This document shows, piece by piece, positions 12,215 to 25,604 of a DNA stretch of 64,000 bases. The translations under genes and the position numbers were made by a program. Below the pieces are notes generated by a model that worked only from the letters and a program-made list of their open reading frames with translations, did not search any database and was not told where the DNA came from. The stretch is from Octopus vulgaris (lineage: Eukaryota). Every line of letters begins with the position of its first letter. Position 1 is the first letter of the stretch. The stretch spans positions 42,470,001 to 42,534,000 of the forward strand of contig OX597821.1 in assembly GCA_951406725.2 (NCBI GenBank), written 5' to 3'.

Positions 12215-12860
12215 CAAATTGTTGCAAATCAACATCTATAGGAAAGGCAGAAGACATGGAGCTTCAGAGGAATCATGTTCTTGTGGGGAAGGACTGGATG
12301 TAGTGGTTAGTGTGGAACTGATAAAGGACTGGAAGTTAGATACAACAAGGGTGATGAGAGGAGGAGAAAAGATTGAATCAGAAATATCTGGGTGGTTGTG
12401 ACATGAGCCCAGCCAGCTCTGACAAGGAGAGGTCATTGTTGTATTGCTAGAGAGATCATTGTAGTATTACAGAAAGATGAGACAACATGTCTTTGGGCCT
12501 CAGGAGGGAATGTGTCTGTGAGTGATTTTATGTCTATCAGTCAAGAGACCATTCTCTGAATGCAGCTTTGGGATGTCTGTGTTCAGTAGCAGAACTGTTT
12601 CAGATGGAGCAATATTCCATTCTGGCTTTCACTTGACTTTGGAGAAAGTCAGTAATTGTTGGAGACTGAAATATTTTCCAGTTCTGAATAGATGGGCCTC
12701 TTTTTAGGATGTGCTTTGACCAAGAAAAATCTTTGGTGGCAGGGAGGCCTAATATTTGAAGCAACCATGAGAGCTCAAGTTGCATGCTGTTCATCATTTA
12801 AGGGAATGCAGTGTGAGGATTTTTTCTTGACGTGAGTAATGCTTGTGTTTTTTCTTCAGA
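12215..12860 (-). mobile_element. CR1/Jockey-group LINE relic
   Basis: ILGL..TKDFSWSKHI and SQVKARMEYCSI resemble the YKxQxRPxMEYCSxIW post-RT motif. Heavily decayed. Confidence 0.55.
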
Positions 12861-13526
12861 GGTGGTGATGTCAAAAATCAGAACTAAATTGTCTGGACGG
12901 TTTTCTTTCCTCTAACATCCATGGACTTTGGTCCAACCAACATTTATGTAAATATACATCATATCCCTCTCTAAGGCATACAATTTTTAATCCCTATCAA
13001 CAATCCAACTCTTTAGAGAATATGATGTAGGTTTGCATGAATCTTTGTTGGAAAAAAAGTCCATGGTTGTTGGAGGAAGAAAAATTGTCAAGTTGGTTTA
13101 GTTTTGATTTTTTGGTATCTTGTAGAAATAGAAGTGTAAACAGTGACAGTATGTTGATAGAATGGTAAATCCTTACTGTTCTGAATGCTTGCTACACCGT
13201 GAAGTCTTCTAAAAACGTCTGTGGGCCAAGTGATTGGGTTAAACTAGATGGCATGTGTTTACCACCTACAAAAGAAAGATAGGCAACCCTCTGCATTGTG
13301 TGAAGAATAATGGCATCTGAGTGATGTGTGTGTGAAAATATTCTAGATTCTTCTATTTTCTTCCTGATATTTTTTTCAATTTTTCCTATTACTTCTGTTC
13401 ATCTTTTCATTGGTTTTTCTTAGATCTACATATATTTAATAAAAATTTATATCCTCTTCTTGGCTTACACTTCACAAAGAGAGATTTCAAGAGTTATTTC
13501 CTTCTTTTCTTTATTGTTTTTCACAG

Positions 13527-13693
13527 CTCATCGAATGACCACTGCTGATATCGAAGAAGCATTCAACTTGATTGATAAGAAAAACTGCCAAGTATATATT
13601 TGTGGTCCTGTCGGCTTTATTGATGACATGGAGAAAATTCTGATTAATTTGGAGGTTGACTCAGATCATATTCAAATTGAAAGGTGGTGGTAG
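13527..13693 (+). CDS. OXNAD1: OXNAD1-like terminal coding exon
   Basis: Acceptor tttttcacag|CT in phase 1. Translates (A)HRMTTADIEEAFNLIDKKNCQVYICGPVGFIDDMEKILINLEVDSDHIQIERWW*, with the YICGP motif and a C-terminal ExWW as in OXNAD1. Confidence 0.93.
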
Positions 13694-14069
13694 AACTGTG
13701 GCTGTCATAGTTTATTGATTCTTATACCCCTACTATGAATCCTGAAACTGTTGTTTATTTTTGTTGCTCATATAAAGATATTGTGTGATCATAGACAAAA
13801 ATGATATTTTTTATACCTGCCTTGATTTATTTTGCTTTTGATTTATGCAATTTGAGATTGTTCCTTTCTTCCTAGCAAAATCTTCCATTTTATAGAACCA
13901 TAGATGTGTAATGATGGAAGTTCATTTTTTTGCTGCATGGCCTTGAGTTCTATCTCACTATTTCACCTAGAGCAAATATCTTCTACTGTAGTCTTCAACT
14001 AACCAATGCCTCGTGTATGGAGTTGGTATGTGGAAACTGTATGGAAACCAATTATAAATGTATCATCTT

Positions 14070-14320
14070 CTTAAATCATTTACGCTTTGTTGTGCATGCA
14101 CACTGACATTACCCATCCGGTGGAGCATGCTAGCTTCCTTTCTTTCAGGTCTTTGCAAGTCCTCAGTAGTCAAAGCCTATGTTTCACTGCCATGAAACAT
14201 AGCTGTATGTACACAGGCATCATACAATCTGCTTTTCACTTCAAGGGAGAGGCCCTTAGTTACCAACTAATGTTGAAGCTCTCAAAATTTTGCCCAGCCT
14301 GTTCTTATTCTAGCAACTAC
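14070..14320 (-). mobile_element. RTE LINE fragment in the OXNAD1 downstream/3' UTR region
   Basis: Colinear similarity to 2290-2530 (ctgacatt...ggagcatgct...tgtttcactgcca...gagaggccctt). Confidence 0.7.
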
Positions 14321-15448
14321 ACTTTCATCATCATAATTGTTTTAACATCCACTTTTCCATGCTTACATGGTAAAAGCTTTGGTAGGCCTTGAGCTATAAC
14401 AGAAAGCACTTTCCCAAGGTATCATGCAGTGGGACAAAACCTGGAACCATGTGATTTGGAAGCAAACTTATTAACTATACAGTCATGCTTGTGCATATAT
14501 GATCAATGTTTGCATGTTCATTTATGATTACATACTCACATACATATTCATACACTGTCTCCTACCACACTCTCTCTCTCATGTATGCACACACACACAC
14601 ACACACACACTCACACATACACACACAGAGTCTGTCCGTCTGTCTCACGCTCTCTTTTCACCCTCTGTTAAGACAGAGGGAGTGAGACAGACAGGCCGAT
14701 GACATACACACACATTTTTGCAGCTCCATGATCCAATGTGATGACATAAAAAGATATTCTTAACTCTGGATATTGGGCTTCAATTTATGATAGACAAACA
14801 TGTGGACTATTGAGATAACGTTTAGATTGATGTTCTAGAGAAGACTAACGTGTGAACAGTGGCCTGTGGCTGGACACATAGGCAGCGGGGGTGAAGAGGA
14901 GACAAGGGGAGATAAAATCAGAAAGGAAAGAGGACAAACAGAAAGAAACAGAAGACAGGAAGAAAAGGAGTGGTGAGAGGAGATAAAGAAGAGGTGGAAT
15001 AAAAGATGGAAGATATGATATGAAAATTTGTATGTGGTAATGGTGGTAGCGCCGGCACTTTGTGGTAATGGTGGTGGTGGTATTTAGCAATGAAACAAAA
15101 CACTGCTAAATCAACAATAATTTGTTAATGAAACTAGTTGCCAAGAATGCAAATTAGTCTCTCCAACTAGCCAGTGTGTTGGTAGATGGTTAAGAAGGGT
15201 ACACAGTTATTTTTGACATCCCAGTATGGGGATTGAAACTGTCCAGCTAGTCCCTGACCTTTTTCTATCTGCAAAAATATTTTATATACATATAAAGTGT
15301 TTATTGTCTGCCAATAAATACAGAGTTGGCTTAAAAGCTATAGATATACTCTGTAGTTAGTATATAGTAATAAAACAAAATAGCAATTAATTAAGATAGA
15401 TCAAAGGTTCTGAACAGGAGATAGAAATGCAATGTGTGTGTGTGTGTG

Positions 15449-15941
15449 CAGTGGCAGACTGGATCTAAAAATATTGGTTGCCAGGAGACTAAGGAGACCC
15501 ACCCACAACTACAATGCTATCATTTAATTTTTTTTCTGTTAAAAGTATTCTTTTCAACTGTGTGGGTGGCACGTAAAAAGCACCCACTACACTCACGGAG
15601 TGGTTGGCGTTAGGAAGGGCATCCAGCCGTAGAAACACTGCTAGATCTGACTGGGCCTTATGAAGCCTTCCAGCTTCACAGACCCCAGTTGAACCGTCCA
15701 ACCCATGCTAGCATGGAAAACGGACGCTAAATGATGATGATGATGATGATGATGATGTTTACAAACACAACCAGGCTGAAATAATTAATGCATTCTTCCA
15801 GGAGTGAATTAAAAAATTCTCAAACTTGAAGGGATGGGCCCTTTAGATACTAACATGCCCCCCACTTCCCTATATGGATTCTAATGGTACAGGGGCCCAC
15901 TTGTCATTGGGCAAGCTGGCAACCTGGCCAGTCCACCACTG
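15449..15941. mobile_element. hAT-like MITE with a nested RTE-3'-tail insertion (about 15560-15757)
   Basis: TIRs CAGTGGCAGACTGG / CCAGTCCACCACTG. The nested copy ends in (GAT)n. Confidence 0.65.
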
Positions 15942-18900
15942 CATGTGTGCACCACAGAAGAGTAGGGTATCTTTCTCTTTTTCACTCTCATTCATGAAAC
16001 ACATGTACCTTCTTTCCCATTTCTGTCTGTCTGTCTATCTCTCATATCTCACATCATGTCATAATATTGATTCTTACCAGTCTGCTATTCTTGTAACATT
16101 TTGAGGAGGTTGGCATTATCACCTATCTTCAGCAGGTCTCTGTATGTCCTCTCTTTCAACCTATTCAAAATAAACTGCTGTATTTAGGAGGGCACTATGT
16201 TGATCCTAATACTTATTTTATTGACCATGGAAATATGAAAGGCAATAATAACAATAATATATAAATAATATTGAAAAGGTTGCAAGACACAACGAAAATT
16301 TCTACTATAGACACAAAGCCTGAAATTTTGGGGGCTGGGGTTAGTCGATTACATCGATCCTGGTGCTTAACTTGTACTTATCTCATTAACCCCAAAAGGA
16401 TTAAAGGCAAAGTCAACCTTGCTGAAATTTGAACTCAATGTAAAGATGGGATGAAATACCTCTAAACATTTTACCCAGCATGTTAACAATTTTACCAGTT
16501 GGCCAGCTTCATATAATATATAAATAATAAATGATACTTATCCTTGCCCATCTCTCAAAGCTAAACACTTCAATAAACATCTTTTGTCCTTGGAGAAATC
16601 AGAATTACTAAATGAAAAGGAGTTCATTAGTGAAATATGTTTCTATTTGAAACTGTTGTTTTCTACTGAATGCATTCAAGAGATTTAGTGGTTCTGGTCT
16701 ACCGACTGAACAGTTAATTAACGCATGTTAATTAATAGATTAGAGAGGAGGAAGAGGACTTGGTTGAGAGGTTTTAGGTTGGAACAATAATTTTTATTGC
16801 TACTAACCACTGAACTGTGAAGTAAGAATTCAATGAGCTAGCTGATCAAACAACTGAATCCTCATTGTTGAAACTGATGGAAATCCATCTGCCTATCCAG
16901 TTTTAGTAATACCATACCATTTCAGCTATTCTGCATACATACATGCATGTAGTTATACATCAAGGTTTCAAGTCTGTGTTTGTACCTCCACCATCGCTTG
17001 ACAACCGATCTTGCTGTGCTTGCAGCCTGTAACTTAGTAGTTCAGCCTTTGGGGCTCTGAGATCAAAGCTAAGCCAGATTTCCAAGGCATTTAAGCTAAA
17101 ATTACAAGATCTCTAACTGGATTCCAGTCTATTGTAGTTTTAGTCTGGGTGCCGCTGGTACTCAATTTCTGTTGAATGGATGGGAACAACACAAAGTAAA
17201 GAACTGGTTTTGTGGCTTTAAAGATGTGTGAAATAAGAGAACTCTTACTTGAAAAACAGGCATGGGTTAATGACAGAAAGAGCATCCATCTGTATCACAA
17301 TGACTCAATGTGTATTTGCCAAACCACGACAGCAGGGCAAAATGAAAGAACAATGCAGATGGTGTTGGAAGTGGTTGCATGTTTTACTCTTTGAAGTTTC
17401 TGCTTTGTTAGTCGTATTACACACAAACATGTGCATGTTGCTGGAGGTGTATGTGTGTGAGGGTTCTTCATAATTAAATAATAATAAATTAAGGTCATTC
17501 AGTACTGTGCTTCATTTGCAGCTGCTACAAACCACTGCCTACTGCTGTGAATCAAGTGTGTATAAGTTTTAGCCTGTTACAGACATGTTGTTAGTAGTGT
17601 TTCTCAAATAAAAACTTTCAAAAGGAGCTGAATTTATCAAGAATAGGAGCAAAAAAAAAGATGGGTGGGGGAGCTGATATTTATATGATTTGTAGAAATT
17701 GAGATCTTAAGTTTTAGTATTTTTAAAATCATTTTAACAACAGAAATTACAATATACAGAATGTTATAGTGATATGCCCAGAAAATTAGATTACAGAAAT
17801 GGTAGATGTGAATTTGTTGCTATGAAATTCTTGTAGATGAGTAGTAAACAAATCTTTAGAAAATTCTTGGCATTGTTTTGTATTTTGACCATGTCTATGT
17901 CTTTTCAGTTGCCAATGTAGCAGATCTATATTGTGATTTGAACTTGGAACCTTATGGTTTCCAAAGATAAAAAAAAAAAAAATCTCCAAAAATCTAACCA
18001 ATAGCTTTCTTTGTAAACAAGTGGGAATTTTTGGAATCTGGTCAAAACAACTCATAGATGTGATGATATCAGCACAAATCTGTCCAATCAAATTTGTCAT
18101 TTGCAACCAATAATTAGTGATATACAGCAGGCTAAACTCAAGTAAAGGTAGACAGATTGGATTTAATTCGCAGTCAGTGAGCCCTGAGCTGATTCCTGTA
18201 ATCAGTAAGAAGTCTGGAAGACAAGATGCTGTTTTCAAGTGAAGACAGTAGTAGCTGGTAGAGTCATGAGCAATGAAGCATGACCACAAATGAAATTTTT
18301 TCTCCAGCTAATACAATCACCAAAGACTAACAGAATTTCTTTCATGCAAATAATATTGGCTGATTCTGTTTTGACTATCTGACTATCAGAAAAATATGTA
18401 TGTTAACACTAATATATCCGCATTTATCACCACATGGGAAATTCATCTCAATAAAAAAAAACACACTTATATGATATTGTGAAAGAATCCCTATTTTCCT
18501 ACATTTTTTACTCTACCAGACCAATGTGTCTTGTATGTTTTTCTAAATTAATAAATATATTATGAAGAACTGATTTTGACTCATGTTCATTTTGTCAACT
18601 CTGTACCATATCTTGTTGGTTGCGATCTCCATTAACGTGGGCCCATTGCCTCTGGAGATACAACATGCAGACAGGACTGGCTTGGAGACCCAGCCAGTGA
18701 AGTGTGCTTAGTAAGCGCTTGTGGTGAAAAGAGAATGAATCTGTTTTTGTTGGACCCTTATATCCAGTTGCCATTGCAAGCCTCGTTGTGATCTCACAAA
18801 TGGATGCAGGTGAGGTCTCGCTCCAGTCTCAGAGATGGCAATGGCTGCTGCGAGATCTCATCCAATATGGTGCTGACTACCTGTGCTGCTACATCCCTAT

Positions 18901-19406
18901 TATTACATCAATAATCTGTGATGTTATTTTCCCATTTAAAGGTAATGAAAAATTGCACTCATATTCTTTTATTCTTTTACTTGTTTCAGTCATTTGACTA
19001 CAGCCATACTGGAGGACCGCCTTTAGTTGAACAAATCAATCCCAGAACTTATTCTTTGTAAGCCTAGTATTTATTCTATCAGTTCCTTTTGCTGAACCGC
19101 TAAGTTATGGGAACGTACACACACCAACATACAAATATACACACATATATATATATGAGAAAAAATGAGTTCAAAAAGAACAATTCAAAATTTTGGTGGG
19201 ATTCAAAAGGAGAGAAAAAAATGATTTCTAATAAAGATTCATCATATTCGTAAAAATCAACCAGAGCAAGTAATAAGAATATGAAAATAATATTTGAGGA
19301 GTTTCGTTATAGGTATAAAAATATACCATAAACAAGTATTAAAAAAATGGAGGAAAACGGTAGAATCAGAAAGAGATTTATTACAAAACTGGATTCAATG
19401 CATACG

Positions 19407-19814
19407 TACTCTTACTCTCTTTTACTCTTTTATTTGTTTCAGTCATTTGACTGCGGCCATGCTGGAGCACCGCCTTTAATCGAGCAACTCGACCCCGGGA
19501 CTTATTCTTTTTGTAAGCCCAGTACTTATGCTATCGGTCTCTTTTGCCGAACCGCTAAGTAACGGGGACATAAACACACCAGCATCGGTTGTCAAGCAAT
19601 GCTAGGGGGACAAACACAGACACACAAACACACACGCACACATATATATACATATATACGACGGGCTTCTTTCAGTTTCCGTCTACCAAATCCACTCACA
19701 AGGCTTTGGTCGGCCCGAGGCTATAGTAGAAGACACTTTCCCAAGGTACCATGCAGTAGGACTGAACCCGGAACCATGTGATTGGTAAGCAAGCTACTTA
19801 CCACACAGCCACTC
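19407..19814 (-). mobile_element. tRNA-derived SINE, young copy
   Basis: Close reverse complement of 6920-7318. Confidence 0.88.
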
Positions 19815-20282
19815 GTTTCGAAAAACAATGCAAATGTGTAAGAAAAAATTTAATCATAATAATTATTATTAAATTTATGCATTGTCATTCTCATCAGTGT
19901 GAGGAGTATCTTGAAGAACATCGAGAAAGTTTAATAAGATGAAATAGAATAAAATAAAATAAAAATTAAATAAGATATAATAAGAGAACACAATAATAAT
20001 AATAATAGTGAGAGAGACGAAAAAGAAAAAGAAAGACATATCAATGTGTATGTAAGTCTATTTGTTCAGTAAATCTATAACATAAGAATCTAACAGATAT
20101 GTTTGAAAAATAGTAACAGGTCGAGACGAAATACAATGTAAACAAGGCTACCTGTGCCTAGTAGAGAACAACATAACGATTTCACTAGTAGAAAAAAGCC
20201 ATAGAGAGTTACACATATACATAATAATATTGAAAAACGAAAAAAAAAAGAAAACGTGTGTGTATATATATAAGTATATATA

Positions 20283-20812
20283 TAAGAGGACAAAGTGTAT
20301 GTATGCCGCTATATATATATAAAATAAAATACAAAATGGGACAAGAACGCAAAACATCCGGACAATTAGGTGATACAAAAAGGGACAACAAAACATCCAG
20401 ATAGACGATGCAAAAAAACAAGGATGGGTCATTCGAAGCCTTTTATCTTCAGTCAAGAACCGGATCATCCTCGCAATTTCAGCTGATTGATCTTGAGATT
20501 GCTCCAATCTGGCCAGCCCCAAGGAAAAACTAAGCTAAGAGCATTAAATTCCTTGGAAAAAAGCATCGAATGTATACGAAAACAAGGATGGAAAAACAGA
20601 CAATGTTACACAACTATAAATACAAAAATACAATAAAAATAATAATAATGATAATAACAGGACATAACAACAGGCGTCTTTCGACTGGGGATGAACTGAA
20701 TTCAGCTGGCGTGTGTGGAAATGAAGCCTTACAGCAGAGGGAAGAATATCAATGTGGCAGTGACCGTGGTTAGATGCAAAAGGGCTAGCAGTCGGCCAAT
20801 GGTCACGTGAGA

Positions 20813-20845
<33 letters not shown>

Positions 20846-21354
20846 TGTGTGTAGAAGTAGATAGACGGAAGAATCAAGGAGTGGCAAGAAAAAAAGGGAG
20901 ACAGGGACATAGTGAAGTGAAAGGTGAGTAAGAAAGGCAAAGAAATGTGAGAAATGTGAGTAGAAAATGTACAAAATTTAGTGAAATGTGTACTTACATA
21001 TAAGAGAACAAAGTGTACATATGCCGCTATATATATATATATAAAATAAAATACAAAATGGGACAAGAATACAAAACATCCGGATAACTAGGTGATACAA
21101 AAAGGGACAACAGAACATCCAGATAGAGAATACAAAAAAACAAGGATGAGTCATTCGAAGCCTTTTATCTTCAGTCAAGAACCGGATCATCCTCGCAATT
21201 TCAGATGAATGACCCGCATTTTTTTTTTTGTATTGTCTATCTGGATGTTCTGTTGTCCCTTTTTGTATCACCTAGTTGTCCGGATGTTTTGTATTCTTGT
21301 CCCATTTTGTATTTTATTTTATATATATATATATAGCGGTATATGTACACTTTG
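20283..21354 (-). mobile_element. Penelope-like non-autonomous element: two direct pseudo-LTRs plus an inverted partial copy
   Basis: About 200-bp direct repeats at 20283-20483 and 21001-21203 (718-bp offset), an inverted partial copy at about 21208-21354, and a purine-rich interior. Confidence 0.7.
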
Positions 21355-22410
21355 TGAAAATTATTAATTAATTCACAATAGAGGAGAAAAAACCCACATA
21401 TATACATAGCACATAAAGAATATACACTCAAAAGTAGGCACATATATACATACATATACACCACATACACACACATACAACACAACACACACGTGCACAT
21501 ACCTACACACACATACACAAGGGTGCATACATACATACATACATACATACATACATACATACACACACACATTTTCTACATACAGACCCAGTTTTCTCTT
21601 GACTATCTCTCACTGAAACATACATACCTCCTCTCACACATGCACACATACATATACAACACCTGGCCACACATACACATGCATACCTCCTCACACACAT
21701 AGACACACCTCCTCATATATACACACACACACTCATCCACATACATATCTATTCACACATACATAAACACATACACTGAATTCATTGGATGTTTCTAATT
21801 TTGTTCTATTATAATAGAATTATTCTCATTGCTCATGCGATTGTCTTGTTTCAGCTGCTTTGCCTGTCATCATCCTCATCATCACCACCATCATTCGTAT
21901 CATCACCTCCACCATCTCTAGTGTTACCATCACCACCATCATCTTCATCACCTTCACCATCATCACCACCACCATCATCATCACTATCATCACAATATCC
22001 AGTAGCAACAATTTTGCACATTCCATCTTATTCTTTAAGTATGAACTACTTTAGAAGTTCCATCATCGTTGTTGTCGTCATCATCATCATTATTGTAATT
22101 GGCAACCAATGCTATAGTGTTGTCAAAAAGTTCTCAAACACTGAGATCCAATTCCTAGTTGTTGCTGTTTTACTTTGATTCCATTGCTATAATCTTTAGG
22201 AATGGCATAATTGTTATATATTCCCATTCTTTGCCTCAACTATAAATCTGAGACCAATGTGCCTATGACATGCCAGGCTTAATTCTATCCAGGATTTTGT
22301 TACTTTCCTTTCTGATCTGTGTTCAAACCTGACTATGGCTGACTTGGCTTACATGTTTCTGGATAAAGTACCTGTTATATGTTGAAATTGATTCATTGAC
22401 TGAACCCCCT

Positions 22411-22800
22411 ATCATCATCATCATCATCATCATTATCGTTTAACGTCCGCTTTCCATGCTAGCATGGGTTGGACGGTTCAACTGGGGTCTGGGAAGCCTG
22501 AAGGCTGCACCAGGCCAGTCAGATCTGGCAGTGTTTCTACAGCTGGATGCCCTTCCTAACGCCAACCACTCCGTGAGTGTAGTGGGTGCTTTTTATGTGC
22601 CACTGACACAGGTGCCAGATGAGGCTGGCGAACAGCCACGCTCGGATGGTGTTTTTTTTTTATGTGCCACCGACACAGGTGCCAGACGAGGCTGGCGAAC
22701 GGCCACGCTCGGATGGTGTTTTTTATGTGCCCACCGACACAGGTGCCAGACGAGGCTGGCGAACGGACACGCTCGGATGGTGTTTTTTTTTTATGTGCCT
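22411..22800 (-). mobile_element. RTE 3' tail with three about 60-bp subrepeats
   Basis: (CAT)n, then tttaacgtccgctttccatgctagcatgg, then tgccaccgacacaggtgccagacgaggctggcgaacggccacgctcggatgg units as at 33245. Confidence 0.85.
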
Positions 22801-23029
22801 ACACATGTTTAACCATGGGGCCCTGTTAAAAACTATTACTGGCAGAATCATTAGAGCATTGGACAAAATACCTTGCTCAAATCATACCAAAGTCAACTTT
22901 ACCTACAAAATCAACAAAATAAAAGACCTATCAAGTACCTGAGTTGATTACATCAACAAACCTCCTACCTCAAAACTGCTGGCCTCCTCCTCTTCCCTCG
23001 TCGTCATCGTTGTTATTATCATTTTAATT

Positions 23030-23788
23030 AAGGCAGTGAGCTGGCAGAATCATTAGCATGCCAGGTGAAATGCTTAGCAGTATTTTGTCAGCTGCAAAGT
23101 TCTGAGTTCAACTTTGCCTTTCATCCTCTTGGAGTTGAGTACTGGGGTTGATGTGATCAACTGTCCCTCTCCCTAGAAGATCCAGGCCTTATGCCTATTG
23201 TAGAAAGGATTATTATTATCATTATCATTATTATTGTATATTATTATTATTATTAATATTATTATTAAGGTGGTGAGCAGGCAGAATTGTTAGCACACCA
23301 GGTAAAATGCTAAGCGGTATTTTGCCTGTCTTTATATTTTGAGTTCAAATTCCACCAAGGTTGACTATGTCTTTCATCCTTTCGGGGTTAATAGACTTAC
23401 TCCCTCCCCACAAATTTCAGGCCTTGTGCCTATAGTAGAAAATATTATTATTATTATTATTATTATGTTAATAACACCAAGAAGAAGGTGCTTTTCTTCC
23501 ACTCACCAAAGTGAACGGAGCTTTGGCCAAGAGGAACCGATGTCATCAGACTGTATCCAACATACATTGAGTGTTACGGCCCTGAACCACAACACCCTCC
23601 TGTTGGTAGGTCAGCAGAGGTTGCCAAGTCACTGCTCTTCATCTTTTGCCTTCCATCTTAACTCCTCCTTCTTGCTCCATAACCAACAACAAGCACTTTC
23701 AGCTGCCTACTCCATCCTGTGCACAGCCACCCTTCATTCCTTTCTTCTCATTTCAATGGCTATAAGCATCCCCCATGCTGACAGTATA

Positions 23789-23819
<31 letters not shown>

Positions 23820-24490
23820 AGTATATTTTTATTATCATCATTATTATTAAGGCAGTGAGCTGGCAGAATCATTAGCACTCCAGGCAAATGCTTGGCAACA
23901 TTTCATCTGTATGTATGTTCTGAGTTCAAAATCTGCCAAGATCAACTTTGCCTTTTATCCTTTCAGGGTCAATATAACTGACTTACCCCTCCCCCAAAAT
24001 ATCAGGCCTTATGCCTATAGTAGAAAAGGTTATTACTAATGATACAATCATGTGCACTTACCTACCCACCCACCTTTTCTGTTCCTCTATCCTTATTCTC
24101 TCTCTCTTTCTCTCTCTCTTATTTATTCATAGTACCTTGAAGGTAAGCCCTTATCATCTCCCTCTCTCTCTCTTTCCAACTGGGGAAGCCATGTGTTCAC
24201 TTCTTTAGCATGACACCCATTCCTGCTCTTCTATCATACTTTAAAACCTTTCAATATTATACTCCACTAAAGTGGTGGACTGGCAGAATTGTTAGCACAC
24301 CAGGCTTAGCGGACGGAATCTTGTCCATCTTTATGTTCTGAGTTCAAATTCCGCTGAGGTCCATTTTGTCTTTCATCCTTTCAGCATCAATAAGATAAGT
24401 ACCAGTTGAGCACTGGGGTCAATGTAATCAACTTAGCCCCTTCCACAAACTTGCAGGTCTTGTGACAAAATTTGAAATCAATATTATACT
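23030..24490 (+). mobile_element. Cluster of four same-orientation SINE copies
   Basis: Copies starting aaggcagtgagctggcagaatc(a)ttagca...ttctgagttcaaa at about 23030, 23267, 23849 and 24269, with (ATT)n tails. Confidence 0.75.
23490..23785 (-). mobile_element. RLE-type (Hero-like) LINE 3' relic
   Basis: The minus strand reads SAWGMLIAIEMRRKE*RVAVHRME*AAESACCWLWSKKEELRW, resembling the AAExAxxWLWxxRxxxxW C-terminus of these elements. Confidence 0.5.
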
Positions 24491-25604
24491 CCACTCATTT
24501 GGTAGGGTTTTGTCTTGTGAGTTCTTGGTGACCTCTGTAGGTCCGGTACCATGTAAAAACAAAAAAAGCAACCACTATACTCTGTAAGGCAGCTGGCCTT
24601 AGAAAGGGCATCCAGCTGTAGAAACCATGCCATAGCAAACATTGGCGATTGGCACAGCCCTTTGGCTCATTGGTCCCAGTCAAACCATCCAACCCATGCC
24701 AGCAGGGAAAAAGGGACATTAAATAATAATAATGATGATGATGATGATGAACAATCATCATACAGCGGAAGTAAACTTCTGTTAGAAGGTTGCACAACTT
24801 AGTTATGATTTCCAGTGTCACTCTATTTCCTTTCATTAACATCAATACCAAAAGAAGTTTCACATTTCAGGCCAATTAAAAAGAAAGAAAAAAAAGAGGA
24901 AAATATTTAATTTTATTGTATATTTGTGCAGCTGGTTGTTCGTTGCTGACCTATTTGACTGTAAAGTATCTTACTGATGGCAGATTTTAACTACCACTGA
25001 AGCTGATTTAGTTCTTCTCATCCAACATAGTTCATCATTATCATCGTCATCAATTGTTATCCATTTGCTTCTCCAACTTATAGATGCCACCAGTTAATTT
25101 CTTTTTTTTTTTTTACCTTTTTGATCTTTGAGTGTAAAAAGGTATAATAACAATGGTTTCTAATTTCAGCACAAGGCCACTGATTTTGTGAGGTGGAGGT
25201 TTAGTTGATACTGTTATCCACAGTACTTGTCAGACAAAACAGCCATTTATTTACACTTTTACACAATGGGATGGGGTATGGATCAATTTTGGAGTTTTTC
25301 ATAAAAAATTTGTATTTTCCCCCATATTCTTAATCTCCATATTTTTCCATGTAGATTAAAAAAAAATTCAAAAAAAGTTTAAAATCAAAAATTTGAGAGG
25401 AGTGGGGAATTAAAATTTTTGGAAACAGTTTTTCGCATATTCGGAATCTCTGTCATCAGTAACATAGGAATCCAGTGAAAATGGAAAAAGAATTGGAAAG
25501 GTCAGCTTAGATGGTGGGGGTGATTGTGCGCCAGGTCTACTGTTTATTTGACCCGTGTAATTGATTTGATTGTTCTGGTCTTAACATCAGTTGGTAAGTT
25601 GGTC

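Noticed and set aside
18590-18900. Possible L1/Tx1 endonuclease start (RWQWLLRDLIQYGAD)
   Set aside because: Too short and decayed to support as a feature.
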